NCBI GenBank assembly: GCA_050013255.1
Contig: JBEKFP010000001.1
Location: 1,088,001 to 1,152,000 of the forward strand
Origin: Candidatus Bathyarchaeia archaeon
Lineage (GTDB): Archaea > Thermoproteota > Bathyarchaeia > 40CM-2-53-6
Length of the DNA: 64,000 nucleotides
Direction: 5' to 3'
Shown in pieces: positions 38,038-47,817 of this stretch; positions within the stretch are counted from its first letter, which is position 1, and every line of letters starts with the position of its first letter. Below the pieces are notes generated by a model, which worked only from the letters and a program-made list of their open reading frames with translations, was not told the DNA's origin and ran no database searches. Made by a program: the position numbers and the translations under genes.

Positions 38038-39492
38038 ATGTCTACTATGCGATCTAGAATACTCATTTCGCTTCTTTTGCTTGCAGCACTGTGGATTCCA
38101 TTGTTGTCTATCCCAAATGGGAGCAGTCAATCTGCAGCAGTAACAACGACGATGACCGTTAATCAGCCCCCCTCAGGTCAGTGTTCCGAAACTTCCCTTG
38201 CTTTCTCAGCACAAGCGAGGAAGGAAATCACAGGGACATATGGGTCGGATGCGCCAATCAATTTCTACATATTGTCCCAGAAGGATTTTGACGCCATTCA
38301 AAACCCAAATTGCAATCTTCCGACAACCGCAACGCCTCTTTTCATTGATGTGAACTCAGTCGGCCACGGCAATCCGTATCGCTCCCTGCCCTTTCCAGCC
38401 AACGGAACTTATTATTTCGTTTTCGTCTACTTCAACAAGAGCGTATCTGCACTTGTAAAGGGTTATGCATCTATTGAATTGAGCTTCCCACCTTCCATAA
38501 CTCTAGTTACAACCGTGACCTCATCCACAACTAGCTCCTCGAGTCCAATCGTAACGACGACTCAAAGCACTATTCCAATCGTAACGACGACTCAAAGCAC
38601 TATTCCAATCGTAACGACGACTCAAAGCACCGCAGTTGCCTCCACAACACTATCCTTCGGAACTTTCGGAGTAATCGGGTTAATTGTTGCGATTGCTCTG
38701 ATCGTTTCAGTGATGGTTTTCATGAGACGGGGGAAGTCTCAGACAGCACAGAAAAATGTACTGAACCAGCAGACCGTAAAGAGAGAGATAAGGTTCGAAG
38801 GCCCGCAGCCGGCAATTATCCCAGCAGGGCAAAGCATCTCCACCGGGTATGATGAACTGGACACCGTATTAGCTGGGGGGTTGCCTGTTGGCTACGCGAT
38901 TCTGGTAATGTCTCCACCGTGCGATGAAAGGGACCTACTCTTCACGAAAATCATCGAGTCGAACTTGTCGATCGGAAGCTCGGTATTCTTCCTGTCCCGT
39001 GATCTGAGTAGAACACAGGATTTCGCGAGTCGATACCGGAAGGATTTTTACGTGTTCAGCCCTCAGGCAGACAAGATTACTACCGACAGCGGAAATGTCT
39101 TCAAGATTGCCGGCGTTCAGAACCTCAACGACCTCAACATAACTTTCACGAAAGCCATGGAGACATTGCCCAAAGCTATTTCAAATAAGATTATCATAAT
39201 TGACCTTCTATCCGAAATATTGCTCGAGCACAAATCACTGACAACTCGAAAATGGTTGGACGACTTTATCGGCAAACGCAAGTCAGAAGGTTTCACAGTC
39301 CTAGCAATACTAAACCCGCTGATATCATCCAAACAAGAAAGTCAAACGATAATTGACCTGTTCGACGGCATCATCGAGATCTACGAGAAGGAACTTAGAG
39401 AAAGGGCGCGCCGTTTCCTTATAGTAAAGAAAATGTACGGAAAGAAATACATTGAGTCTGAGCTGATGTTGGACAAAGACAAACTCTTCTAA
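38038..39492 (+). CDS. Single-pass membrane protein: signal peptide, extracellular beta domain, S/T linker, TM helix, cytoplasmic degenerate KaiC/RAD55-like domain
   Basis: ISTGYDELDTVLAGGLP, P-loop replaced by SPPCDERD, IIIIDLLS, LFDGIIEI, RFLIVKKMYG. Confidence 0.85.
   Translation: MSTMRSRILISLLLLAALWIPLLSIPNGSSQSAAVTTTMTVNQPPSGQCSETSLAFSAQARKEITGTYGSDAPINFYILSQKDFDAIQNPNCNLPTTATPLFIDVNSVGHGNPYRSLPFPANGTYYFVFVYFNKSVSALVKGYASIELSFPPSITLVTTVTSSTTSSSSPIVTTTQSTIPIVTTTQSTIPIVTTTQSTAVASTTLSFGTFGVIGLIVAIALIVSVMVFMRRGKSQTAQKNVLNQQTVKREIRFEGPQPAIIPAGQSISTGYDELDTVLAGGLPVGYAILVMSPPCDERDLLFTKIIESNLSIGSSVFFLSRDLSRTQDFASRYRKDFYVFSPQADKITTDSGNVFKIAGVQNLNDLNITFTKAMETLPKAISNKIIIIDLLSEILLEHKSLTTRKWLDDFIGKRKSEGFTVLAILNPLISSKQESQTIIDLFDGIIEIYEKELRERARRFLIVKKMYGKKYIESELMLDKDKLF
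38544..38630 (+). repeat. Perfect 30-bp in-frame tandem repeat, 2.9 copies (PIVTTTQSTI)
   Basis: Unit tccaatcgtaacgacgactcaaagcactat repeated. Confidence 0.97.
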
Positions 39493-39561
39493 TCGCGCAT
39501 TCACTATCATCACGGTCAAAGAGTGCGAATGCTCAGCGACAGTTGAACGGGGGTAGTTCGA

Positions 39562-40323
39562 ATGCGTGTAGGTTTCGTCCAGTTCGATCCTAAGATACTT
39601 GAGGTGGAGGGTAACGTCGATGCGGCTCTTCGTCTTATCGGCGGTAAACGGGCTGATCTTATTGTCCTACCCGAACTGTTCAACACAGGCTACAATTTCA
39701 GGAATCAAGGAGAAGTTGCAAGTGTGGCTGAACCAGTCCCGGAAGGTGCCACGACGCAGGCGCTCAAGGAATTCTCGAAACGGGACGGCATGATGGTGGT
39801 TGCGGGTGTTGCTGAGCGTAAAGGAAGGAGCCTATACAATTCGGCAGTTGTCGTGAAGAACGGCAAGTACATGGGGACCTACCGAAAGGTTCACCTTTTC
39901 TACAATGAAAAGAAGTTCTTCAAGCCCGGCCTTGAGTTCAAGGTATTTGGAAAAGTTGGGGTCATGGTATGTTTCGATTGGTACTTCCCCGAATCTGCTC
40001 GTTCTCTCATGTTGAAAGGTGCTGAGGTCATTGCGCACCCTTCGAACCTCGTTCTTTCCAATTGTCCTGAAGCTATGAAGACCCGTGCTTTAGAGAACAG
40101 AGTCTACGCTGTCACCGCCGATCGTGTCGGTATAGAACGTGGTCTCCGATACATAGGCCAGTCTGAGATTGTTAACCCTCGAGGCCTGATTATTTATCGG
40201 GCATCAGCAACCAAAGAGGAATGTGTCGTGCGGAAAATAGATCTGGCAATGGCTCGCAACAAGACTGTGACACCGAGAAACAATCTTCTTAGGGATAGGA
40301 TGCCCCAAGCGTATTCGCGATGA
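39562..40323 (+). CDS. Nitrilase-family carbon-nitrogen hydrolase
   Basis: Catalytic triad in LPEL, YRKVHL and VCFDWYFPE. Confidence 0.92.
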   Translation: MRVGFVQFDPKILEVEGNVDAALRLIGGKRADLIVLPELFNTGYNFRNQGEVASVAEPVPEGATTQALKEFSKRDGMMVVAGVAERKGRSLYNSAVVVKNGKYMGTYRKVHLFYNEKKFFKPGLEFKVFGKVGVMVCFDWYFPESARSLMLKGAEVIAHPSNLVLSNCPEAMKTRALENRVYAVTADRVGIERGLRYIGQSEIVNPRGLIIYRASATKEECVVRKIDLAMARNKTVTPRNNLLRDRMPQAYSR

Positions 40324-40362
40324 TTCCCCGATAAGCCTTTAATTTGAATAAGCTAGTTACCA

Positions 40363-40785
40363 GTGGGAAGAAACTTGCCTCCAGAAATCACAATACGCCA
40401 GATCATGCGAACCATTGTTTCCATAGACTCGAAGGCGAAAGCGAAAGACGCCGCACGGTTGATGGTTGAGAAGCGGATAGGCTCCTTGATCGCCAACAGG
40501 GACGGGTTGCCGTTCGGCATTGTTACCGAGCGCGATTTAGTTGAAAAGATTGTCGCCCATGTTGCTGATCCGTCGAAGGTTACGGTCGCTGACATAATGA
40601 CCGCACCATTGGCTACCATAGATGCGTCAGGCTCGCTTATCGATGCGGCCAGGAAAATGGTGGAGAAACAGGTGAAGCGATTGGTCGTGACTGAACACGA
40701 TAAGATAATTGGAATAATCAGCCAGACAGATTTGGTCCAGAGTATGACGGACTTTCAGAAACTGGCTAAGATGGGTATGGCGTAG
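40363..40785 (+). CDS. CBS-pair domain protein
   Basis: GIVTERD, VADIMT, GIISQTD. Confidence 0.92.
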   Translation: MGRNLPPEITIRQIMRTIVSIDSKAKAKDAARLMVEKRIGSLIANRDGLPFGIVTERDLVEKIVAHVADPSKVTVADIMTAPLATIDASGSLIDAARKMVEKQVKRLVVTEHDKIIGIISQTDLVQSMTDFQKLAKMGMA

Positions 40786-40802
40786 TTTTCTCTGAGCTTG
40801 TC

Positions 40803-43238
40803 TTAGCGTCCCTGTGAGTACCTTTCCTCGACCTTTGCGACAACTTGCTTCATTTTGCCTATGACATCTGCGTTCAAAGATATGCTATCTATTCCGTTCT
40901 CGACTAGGAATTCAACAATTTCTGGATAGTCGCTCGGGGCTTGGCCGCAGATTCCGATTTTGAGCCCGTTCTTATGGGCTGTTTTTATTAGATGTTCTAT
41001 GGCCATCTTCACGGCGGGATTCCTCTCGTCAAAAGTGCTCTTCGCAAGTTTCGAATTATCCCTATCCACGCCCAAGACAAGCGAGGCCAGGTCGTTTGAG
41101 CCAATGCTGAAACCGTCGAAAAGCTTAGAGAATTCTTGTGCCAGGAAGACGTTTGATGGAATTTCTGCCATCATGTAGACCTGTAACCCGTCCTTTCCCC
41201 TCTCTATTCCCTCTGCTTTCATAAGTTCGAGGACAGCCTTCGCCTCTTCGACGGTCCGCACGAATGGAATCATAGGAATAATATTATCGAGCCCTAGTTC
41301 CCTGGCTTCTCTGAGCGCCCGGCATTCCAGTTTAAACGCTTCCGCGAATTCCGTGTGGGGATATCGAGAAGCACCCCTCCAACCGAGCATCGGATTGTTC
41401 TCCCCTTTCTCGAAAATCTCGCCACCGACCAGCGCCGCATATTCGTTGGATTTGAAATCGGAAAACCTGACTATGACGGGTTTTGGATGCATCGCGGCCG
41501 CAACCATAGCAATTCCCTCCCTCAGCTTCTCCACCAAGAATTGAGGTTTATCATCGTAGCCTTGGGTTCGAGTTTCGATTTCTGCGATAGTTCTTTTGAG
41601 GTATTGGACGTCCTTGGTCTTTGGCGGTGCACGGAGGAAGTTCTGTGGGTCTCGTTTCAGGTTTTCGAAATTGAGTAGAGCAGCCGGGTGAATGCCGACG
41701 CTATTTCCGTAGACGAACTCAATCCTCAGCAAACCTACTCCATCCGCCTTCTTTGCATGGGCCAACGCGCCCTCGGGCACGGCCATGTTCATCATTATTT
41801 TAGTGTGGGTCTGCGGAATGGTCTTGAGGTCAAAGGTTTCAGTCTCGAAAGCCACCAATCCATCATAGATGTTTCCAACTCCCGTGCTACAATCGACGGT
41901 TATCGGGTTGCTATGATTATGCAGTAGTTGTGTGACTCTTCTCGCCCCAACTACGCAGGGTTTTCCAAGCTCCCTGGATACGATTGCGGCGTGTGAAGTG
42001 GTTCCGCCTTGCTCCGTGACAATTGCAGCGGATTTCTCCATAATTGGTTCCCAGGCTGGTGTTGTCTCCTTTGTAACTAGAATTTCCCCGGGTTTGAATT
42101 TCTTCATTTCGCTGACATCAGCCATTACGTTGGGTTTACCCTGCCCTATTTTTCCACCGACGGCAATTCCGGCGACGAGCAGTTTGCCTTCGCCCTTTAG
42201 ATGGTAAGTTTCCTCAAGGGTTCCTTTTGATGATTGAACGGTCTCAGGCCTAGCTTGAAGAATGTATACCTTACCACCTTCTATTGCCCACTCAATGTCC
42301 ATTCTCTTCGCATAATGATTCTCGATTTTTCGCGCATATTCAACTAGAACTTTGACCTGTTCTCTGACCAGTGAAAACTGAGCTCTCCGCTTCAGCGGAG
42401 TGTTAACGAACGCCGTTCCAGTGCTATCGTATTTTGCGAAGACTTCCTTCTGTCCTAACCTTCTTCCAACTATCTCTCCCGTTTTCTTGTAAATGAAGAA
42501 CTTGTCAGGAATGATCTTTCCACTAACAACCGACTCTCCCAACCCCCAACTTGAATCTATCACGATGAAATTTTCGTTTCCAGAGTCAGGGTCTATTGTG
42601 AACATGACGCCCGCGGCTTCGCTGTTGACCATTTTTTGGATTCCAACACTGAGGCCAACATCGATGTGATCGAACCCCATTTTCGCCCTGTAGCTGATCG
42701 CCCTGTCCGTGAATAATGATGAAATGCATTTCTTCGTGCAATCGAGGACTTTCTCTTCGCCAACTACGTTCAGGTAAGTGTCCTGTTGACCCGCAAAGGA
42801 AGCGTCCGCCATGTCCTCAGTAGTTGCGCTGCTTCGCACCGCAACCGGAAGCGCCGCGCCTTCGCTGAGCGCCAAATAGCCTTCCCTGATAGCTTCCTCC
42901 AAATTGGAAGGAAACGATGAGCTCAGAATTCTTGACCTTATGCTGCCCCCAACCTTCTGAAGCTCTTCAACGTTGCTAACGTTCAAGCCTGCCAATTGCT
43001 TACGAATATAGTCCATTGATCCGCTCTTGCTAAGGAATTCTCTGTAGAAGAGTACGCTCAAGGCAAACCCTGGTGGGACGGGAATCCCGATTCGAGTTAA
43101 TTCACCCAACGAAGCGTTCTTGCCACCGACCAGTGGTACGTCGCGAATTGCTATCCGGTCGAATGGAATAACATAGGACTCGGCAGTCGTCTCCAACGGG
43201 GTTTCCTTGTTTAGTTCAATTGCCGGTGGCTTAGCCAT
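40803..43238 (-). CDS. ppsA: Phosphoenolpyruvate synthase
   Basis: VGGKNASLGE, AVRSSA, SFAGQQDT, QARPETV, TSHAAIVSRE, SIGSNDL, ICGQAPSD. Confidence 0.96.
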   Translation of the reverse strand: MAKPPAIELNKETPLETTAESYVIPFDRIAIRDVPLVGGKNASLGELTRIGIPVPPGFALSVLFYREFLSKSGSMDYIRKQLAGLNVSNVEELQKVGGSIRSRILSSSFPSNLEEAIREGYLALSEGAALPVAVRSSATTEDMADASFAGQQDTYLNVVGEEKVLDCTKKCISSLFTDRAISYRAKMGFDHIDVGLSVGIQKMVNSEAAGVMFTIDPDSGNENFIVIDSSWGLGESVVSGKIIPDKFFIYKKTGEIVGRRLGQKEVFAKYDSTGTAFVNTPLKRRAQFSLVREQVKVLVEYARKIENHYAKRMDIEWAIEGGKVYILQARPETVQSSKGTLEETYHLKGEGKLLVAGIAVGGKIGQGKPNVMADVSEMKKFKPGEILVTKETTPAWEPIMEKSAAIVTEQGGTTSHAAIVSRELGKPCVVGARRVTQLLHNHSNPITVDCSTGVGNIYDGLVAFETETFDLKTIPQTHTKIMMNMAVPEGALAHAKKADGVGLLRIEFVYGNSVGIHPAALLNFENLKRDPQNFLRAPPKTKDVQYLKRTIAEIETRTQGYDDKPQFLVEKLREGIAMVAAAMHPKPVIVRFSDFKSNEYAALVGGEIFEKGENNPMLGWRGASRYPHTEFAEAFKLECRALREARELGLDNIIPMIPFVRTVEEAKAVLELMKAEGIERGKDGLQVYMMAEIPSNVFLAQEFSKLFDGFSIGSNDLASLVLGVDRDNSKLAKSTFDERNPAVKMAIEHLIKTAHKNGLKIGICGQAPSDYPEIVEFLVENGIDSISLNADVIGKMKQVVAKVEERYSQGR

Positions 43239-43455
43239 TACGAATCCTCAATTCTTATGACTGAAAGTGCATGGACTTCCGCATAACGTGCGTACTATAT
43301 TTCAGCATGTTGAAGTAATAAGCAAATGCGAATTCCGAACCCGACTATATTACGCAGGTACGAAAAACAGGGTAAATCCACGAAGGTGCAGGTAAGTTCT
43401 TCAACATGCGTTCCAAGAAACTTCGTAAGCCATAGGACAATGGGGTGAATCTCGT

Positions 43456-44235
43456 ATGCCGCTAATTCTCAAAAAGGTTGACGGCGCGCTCGGCGTAATC
43501 ACACTTAACAATCCTCAGAAACGCAACTCCCTCAGCGCGGCGTTGATCCTTGAATTCTGCAACGCACTGGACGAGTTCGAAGCTTTAGGAGTTCGGGTGG
43601 TCATACTGCGTGCGCAGCCAGGCGTGAAGGTGTGGAGCGCTGGCTATGATGTTAACGAGCTCCCTCATCCCGGGAGGGACCCGCTTGCCTACGCTGCCCC
43701 GTTCGGGCGCCTCTTACGACGCGTCCAAAGATTTTCTGGCCCGGTCATAGCGATGATTGAAGGCGGTGTCTGGGGCGGTGCCTGCGACCTCGCGCTTACT
43801 TGCGACATACTAGTTGGTTCTGAGACCGCGTCCTTCGCTATCACGCCCGCGAAAATTGGAGTTCCATACACCGCTTCCGGAATGATGCACTTCATCAACG
43901 CACTCGGTTTGAACAAGGCGAAAGAGATGTTCTTCACCGCTACGCCGATAACTGCAAATGACGCGTTGACTGTGGGAATCTTGAACCACCTGGTCCCCAT
44001 AGCCGACCTAGAACGTTTCACACTAGAGTTGGCGGGCAAAATCCTTGAGAACGCCCCATTAGCAGTAAAGGCCTTCAAGAAACAGTTTACGCTCCTCTCC
44101 AAAGGGGCCACTATTGATGCGGAAACCGCGGAAAGAATCCAAGGCTACCGGCGCATTGTTTACGACAGCGAAGACTACGCAGAGGGAATCCGGGCTTTCC
44201 AAGAGAAACGGCCACCCCGCTTCAAAGGCAAATGA
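43456..44235 (+). CDS. scpB: Crotonase family protein, most like methylmalonyl-CoA decarboxylase ScpB
   Basis: KVWSAGYD, GRDPLAY, GGVWGGACD, TPAKIGVPY. Confidence 0.75.
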   Translation: MPLILKKVDGALGVITLNNPQKRNSLSAALILEFCNALDEFEALGVRVVILRAQPGVKVWSAGYDVNELPHPGRDPLAYAAPFGRLLRRVQRFSGPVIAMIEGGVWGGACDLALTCDILVGSETASFAITPAKIGVPYTASGMMHFINALGLNKAKEMFFTATPITANDALTVGILNHLVPIADLERFTLELAGKILENAPLAVKAFKKQFTLLSKGATIDAETAERIQGYRRIVYDSEDYAEGIRAFQEKRPPRFKGK

Positions 44236-44370
44236 AAGATAGGAGACATAACCTGAAGGATATGTGTCCACTATCGAGTTGACACGTGATACTCGACGCA
44301 AGTGGCGGTATCAGCCACATGTATCGAAGTAACGTTTTATACAGCAACGTTGTGCATCACCGTTATCGTT

Positions 44371-44501
44371 GCGGCCGTAGTCTAGCCTGGTCTAGGACGG
44401 GAACAGCAACGGAAGTTTGCTGACGCAAGCCTGCCACGCTTCTGATCGCCCCTTAGTAAGGGCGAGAAGACGCCCGGGTTCAAATCCCGGCGGCCGCACC
44501 A
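44371..44501 (+). tRNA. tRNA-Gly(GCC) with two introns: ~29/30 (44403-44428) and 45/46 (44445-44471)
   Basis: Spliced GCGGCCG TA GTCT AGCCTGGTCTA GGAC G GGAGC CT GCC AC GCTTC TGGC CCGGG TTCAAAT CCCGG CGGCCGC A CCA; intron 2 has a perfect CTTC/GAAG BHB; intron 1 is relaxed (boundary +/-1 nt); TTTTATA at 44335-44341. Confidence 0.92.
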
Positions 44502-44790
44502 CAACCCTCGCACACAGACTAAAACGGCCTGGATCCGTTCTTGTCGTTAGGGGAAGTATCACATAACGACCCCTTTACTACAAGGCTTCCGCGCGCCATA
44601 ATTTTGCGCGCAAGCTGGCGAACTATGCGCAATTCTCCGTGCGACCCTCGCACTTCTAGGTATGCATGTGATTTGCGCGCGGTCCCTTGCGCTAATCCTT
44701 CGCGGATGCCAAGTTCAAATCCGGTCTCCCGTAACACTAAGAGCACGCACAAAAGAGATTTAAAGCGAGGATGACCTGAGGAGTATCCGG

Positions 44791-45183
44791 ATGCTTATGG
44801 TCTCTGAGAAGGTTTTGCATTTTCAGGGTAAGAATAAGGATTTGAAACAGGTAGCTGACCAGATAGTGCAACAACTCCAATCGGAGGGTTACAAAGTTCA
44901 ATCCACGTCGCCACCACTAGGAATACTTATCCAGGCTCAGAAGGCGGGAATCTTGCGGGATATCATTACAGCAGATCGAGCATTCACGATAATGATAGCG
45001 GGGCAACCTAATGACTTCACAATACGTGTTGGTATTGGAAAGTGGATTCAGAACATAGCGGTGGCTGCCGCCGAAGCGTTGCTTCTCTCAGTATTATTCC
45101 TCGCAGTAGATGTACCCGAGATGCTCTGGACAAGGCATGTTGAAGGCGAGATAATCAAGGAGATAACGCAGATCGTAGGCTAG
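44791..45183 (+). CDS. Hypothetical protein with one hydrophobic segment
   Basis: GAGGAG SD and TTTAAA box upstream; protein-like ORF. Confidence 0.75.
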   Translation: MLMVSEKVLHFQGKNKDLKQVADQIVQQLQSEGYKVQSTSPPLGILIQAQKAGILRDIITADRAFTIMIAGQPNDFTIRVGIGKWIQNIAVAAAEALLLSVLFLAVDVPEMLWTRHVEGEIIKEITQIVG

Positions 45184-45277
45184 TCTCCTAGTTCAAGCAA
45201 ATTCATTTGTAGGCGTTCAACCGGCAATTTCAGTGCGTGTAGATCGGGCATATTACACGCCCGATAGAGGGTGAACA

Positions 45278-45478
45278 ACGATCCGCTGCCCAAATTGCAG
45301 TCTGCCTATGGATTTTGTTGGTAGGTACATACTTGACGTGCGATTGGAAAGCGCGGCCCCCTCACACCTGAAGGATTTCGAGGCCTGGCGATGCGAAAAA
45401 TGCGGAAAGCTCTTCGTGGACCCTGGCGACGGGAAGCCGCACGAAACGGAACATTTGCCTGAGGATGTCTTACCCTAG
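45278..45478 (+). CDS. Small Zn-ribbon protein (~66 aa) with no canonical start codon before the first CxxC
   Basis: Frame reads TIRCPNCSLPMDF...FEAWRCEKCGKLFVD...LP-stop; SD-like GAGGGTGA just upstream. Confidence 0.6.
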   Translation, partial: TIRCPNCSLPMDFVGRYILDVRLESAAPSHLKDFEAWRCEKCGKLFVDPGDGKPHETEHLPEDVLP

Positions 45479-45852
45479 TCGCCCCGGAATTTGTCCGCTA
45501 TTGACTTTAATTCTCCGTGGTCCAAGACTTGGATTTTGGTTTCTAGCCTAACGTCCAAACCGATCTGGCGGAGTAACCCGTATAGTTGTTCTCCCGTAAT
45601 CTGGCCTTTTACCCGGCCAAGGCGGACAAGTTCGGCCAGTTCTTGAAAGAGCCGGTCCGCTATTGTAGGATACTGCTGCCTCGTCGCATGGTAAACTTCC
45701 CAGGCGCGTCCCACGAAAACTTTCTCTAAAACCCTTGCAGGCTCGAGTTTTCCAGATGTGGCTGTGGTTTCCTCTTGCTTCGCGTTCAGCCTCTTCTGCA
45801 TCGCCGCTAACCGTTGGCGTTTCAATCTCTCAAGTTCCGAATCGTCGCTCAT
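45475..45852 (-). CDS. PDCD5-like dsDNA-binding protein, divergent paralog
   Basis: DSELERLKRQRLAAMQ, GQITGEQLYGLLRQIG, ETKI. Confidence 0.75.
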   Translation of the reverse strand: MSDDSELERLKRQRLAAMQKRLNAKQEETTATSGKLEPARVLEKVFVGRAWEVYHATRQQYPTIADRLFQELAELVRLGRVKGQITGEQLYGLLRQIGLDVRLETKIQVLDHGELKSIADKFRGD

Positions 45853-45863
45853 GTTTGTCACCT

Positions 45864-46586
45864 TCATTTCGTGAGATTAACGCGGTTTTCCGCGAGCCCT
45901 AATGCCCATTCGAAGTCATAAACGAAACGCCCGGCCACAACCCATGCATCCAGCGACTCTCGGTCTACGCAGAAAATCTCATTCACTGCGCCCCTAGTTT
46001 CTTCGGCAAAATGTCCTCTCGGAAATGCGCCAATAAAAGCTAAGGGAGCTTTTGTTCTGCTTATTTGATTCGCAATATCCCGTAACAGAGAGGGCTTGCC
46101 CAATGTACTAAACCCAAAGACCTTGTCCGGCGAAACCATTCGCACGAGCTTTCGGATATTCCCTTTCTCAAGACTCAGAAGCGTCTCACCTTTTTCGGGC
46201 ACTTTTCTCTGTGTGAAGAGCTGCTCAATTAATCCGACGAAACGAACGTAATTCTTCGGTAGACGCACCTTCGGATTTATGGTGATGATCTGGTCCTCCT
46301 GAGTATGAACTAGGACGCGAAGTTGTCCCTCCCAATTCAACGGTGTTTCAAGAACTTGGAGGAGGGTGTTGTGAATAATGTCAGGCCTTCCCATCTTCTC
46401 AACTGGAATCGAATATCCTATCTTAGCGAGTCTACGCATGGCTGTGTCATGAAAGGCCCTATCCAGTAGAACCTCAGCTGGGCTCTTTGACCTTCGCTCG
46501 GCGTATCTTTTGATCTGTGGATGTGATTGTATCTGTCGTGGGACAAGCTGTAAGGCCGATTCTACAAGAGCGAGGGTCAATACCAT
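45864..46586 (-). CDS. nep1: 16S rRNA pseudouridine N1-methyltransferase Nep1/Emg1
   Basis: ESALQLVP, LLDRAFH, GRPDIIH, RLPKNYVRFVGL, GAFPRGHF. Confidence 0.93.
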   Translation of the reverse strand: MVLTLALVESALQLVPRQIQSHPQIKRYAERRSKSPAEVLLDRAFHDTAMRRLAKIGYSIPVEKMGRPDIIHNTLLQVLETPLNWEGQLRVLVHTQEDQIITINPKVRLPKNYVRFVGLIEQLFTQRKVPEKGETLLSLEKGNIRKLVRMVSPDKVFGFSTLGKPSLLRDIANQISRTKAPLAFIGAFPRGHFAEETRGAVNEIFCVDRESLDAWVVAGRFVYDFEWALGLAENRVNLTK

Positions 46587-46610
46587 AGAGGGGTCGAATC
46601 CGTTGTCGCG

Positions 46611-47006
46611 GTGGCGCCACAAAAAGGTTACAAGACCATCCCCCTACTTCCTGATGCGGTCGGCCCATTGGCTTGGAGAAAGGGCGGAAACATCAAAGAG
46701 ATTGCTCTTGGACGGATTCGTATCCTCCTCGGGCTTGCAAAGACCACTTTCCCGAAGGATCGAGATCTGTCGAAACGGTACGTGGAACTCGCCCGTAGAA
46801 TCGGAATGAAGGCCGGAGTTCGATTGCCTAAGGAAGAGAAGATTTTCATCTGCAAGGGATGTGGAAGCCTTCTCGTCCCGGGAGTCAATTCCCGAGTCAG
46901 AACGCGGTCAGACTTTGGGACAACCGTATTAATTACCTGCTTGGATTGTGGATCAAAGAAACGGTACCCCACTGTGAGGGAACGACTTTCGAGAAAAAAC
47001 GCATGA
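46611..47006 (+). CDS. rnp4: RNase P protein component 4 (Rpp21)
   Basis: IALGRIRIL, RYVELARRI, CKGC...CLDCG..KRYP; the true start may be further downstream. Confidence 0.9.
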   Translation: MAPQKGYKTIPLLPDAVGPLAWRKGGNIKEIALGRIRILLGLAKTTFPKDRDLSKRYVELARRIGMKAGVRLPKEEKIFICKGCGSLLVPGVNSRVRTRSDFGTTVLITCLDCGSKKRYPTVRERLSRKNA

Positions 47007-47281
47007 GACGGCTTCAATCCAGATCCAGGAAAACCGATCCAACAATCTGGGTTGGTAAGGAAGGTGTCTCGATGGAACTCTTGAAACATGTCGCAAACCA
47101 GTTCAAAACCCGTGACCTGGTCAAAGTTAAGGTTCAAAAATCTGCCTTAGCGGAGACTGAAACCGCACTTGTGGCAGGCAGGGTGGCATCTTCAACAGGC
47201 TCGACCCTCGTAGAAGTGATGGGCCACACTTTCACGCTTTACAAACGCCAAGAAGTAACCAAAACTGAGAGAAGGCGGTAA
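47003..47281 (+). CDS. yhbY: YhbY/CRM RNA-binding protein
   Basis: PTIWVGKEG, LVKVKV, VMGHTFTLYK. Confidence 0.9.
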   Translation: MRRLQSRSRKTDPTIWVGKEGVSMELLKHVANQFKTRDLVKVKVQKSALAETETALVAGRVASSTGSTLVEVMGHTFTLYKRQEVTKTERRR

Positions 47282-47370
47282 AATGCAATTACCGATCGCA
47301 CTCTCCAAACTAAACTTATATGGCGCTCACCGGTTGTAACGTCAAGATTCCGTTACCGGGATGAATCTCA

Positions 47371-47817
47371 ATGCCAACACCGCTGGATGTTCCTTCAAAT
47401 ACCCTAATCGACAATCTATCGAAATTTCTGAAGGAGAACGTGGGTGAAGTTGCACCCCCAAGTTGGGCATTGACCGCCAAAACAGGATCTCATCGGGAAC
47501 GCCCCCCGGCAAGTCCGGATTGGTGGTACAATCGATGCGCTTCGCTCCTAAGAAAACTATACTTACACGGACCAGTAGGAATAGCCCGCCTTCGGGTCGA
47601 GTATGGGGGCCGTTTACGCCATGGGACTCATATTGAGCATTCCAGAGTTGCCGGCGGCTCAGCTATTCGGGAACCGCTTCAGCAGCTTCAGAAAGCAGGT
47701 TTCATTGCCGTTGAGGCCAAGAAAGGTAGGAAGCTTACGCCTGAAGGAATCAGCCTTCTCAACCGAGTTGCCGCCGATGTTTTGAAGGGTGCCCAGAAGG
47801 CGGAAGGCCAGTCATGA
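47371..47817 (+). CDS. rps19e: 30S ribosomal protein S19e
   Basis: KTGSHRERPP, WWYNRCASLLRKLY. Confidence 0.96.
   Translation: MPTPLDVPSNTLIDNLSKFLKENVGEVAPPSWALTAKTGSHRERPPASPDWWYNRCASLLRKLYLHGPVGIARLRVEYGGRLRHGTHIEHSRVAGGSAIREPLQQLQKAGFIAVEAKKGRKLTPEGISLLNRVAADVLKGAQKAEGQS

Noticed and set aside
38544-38630. 30-bp repeat as a CRISPR array
   Set aside because: No spacers; it is an in-frame coding repeat.
44644-44735. GTTCAAATCC T-loop-like string and a 10-bp copy (ACCCTCGCAC) of the tRNA-Gly 3' flank, as a possible att site or split-tRNA half
   Set aside because: The T-stem does not pair, the pieces are in the wrong order for an att duplication, and no integrase is present.
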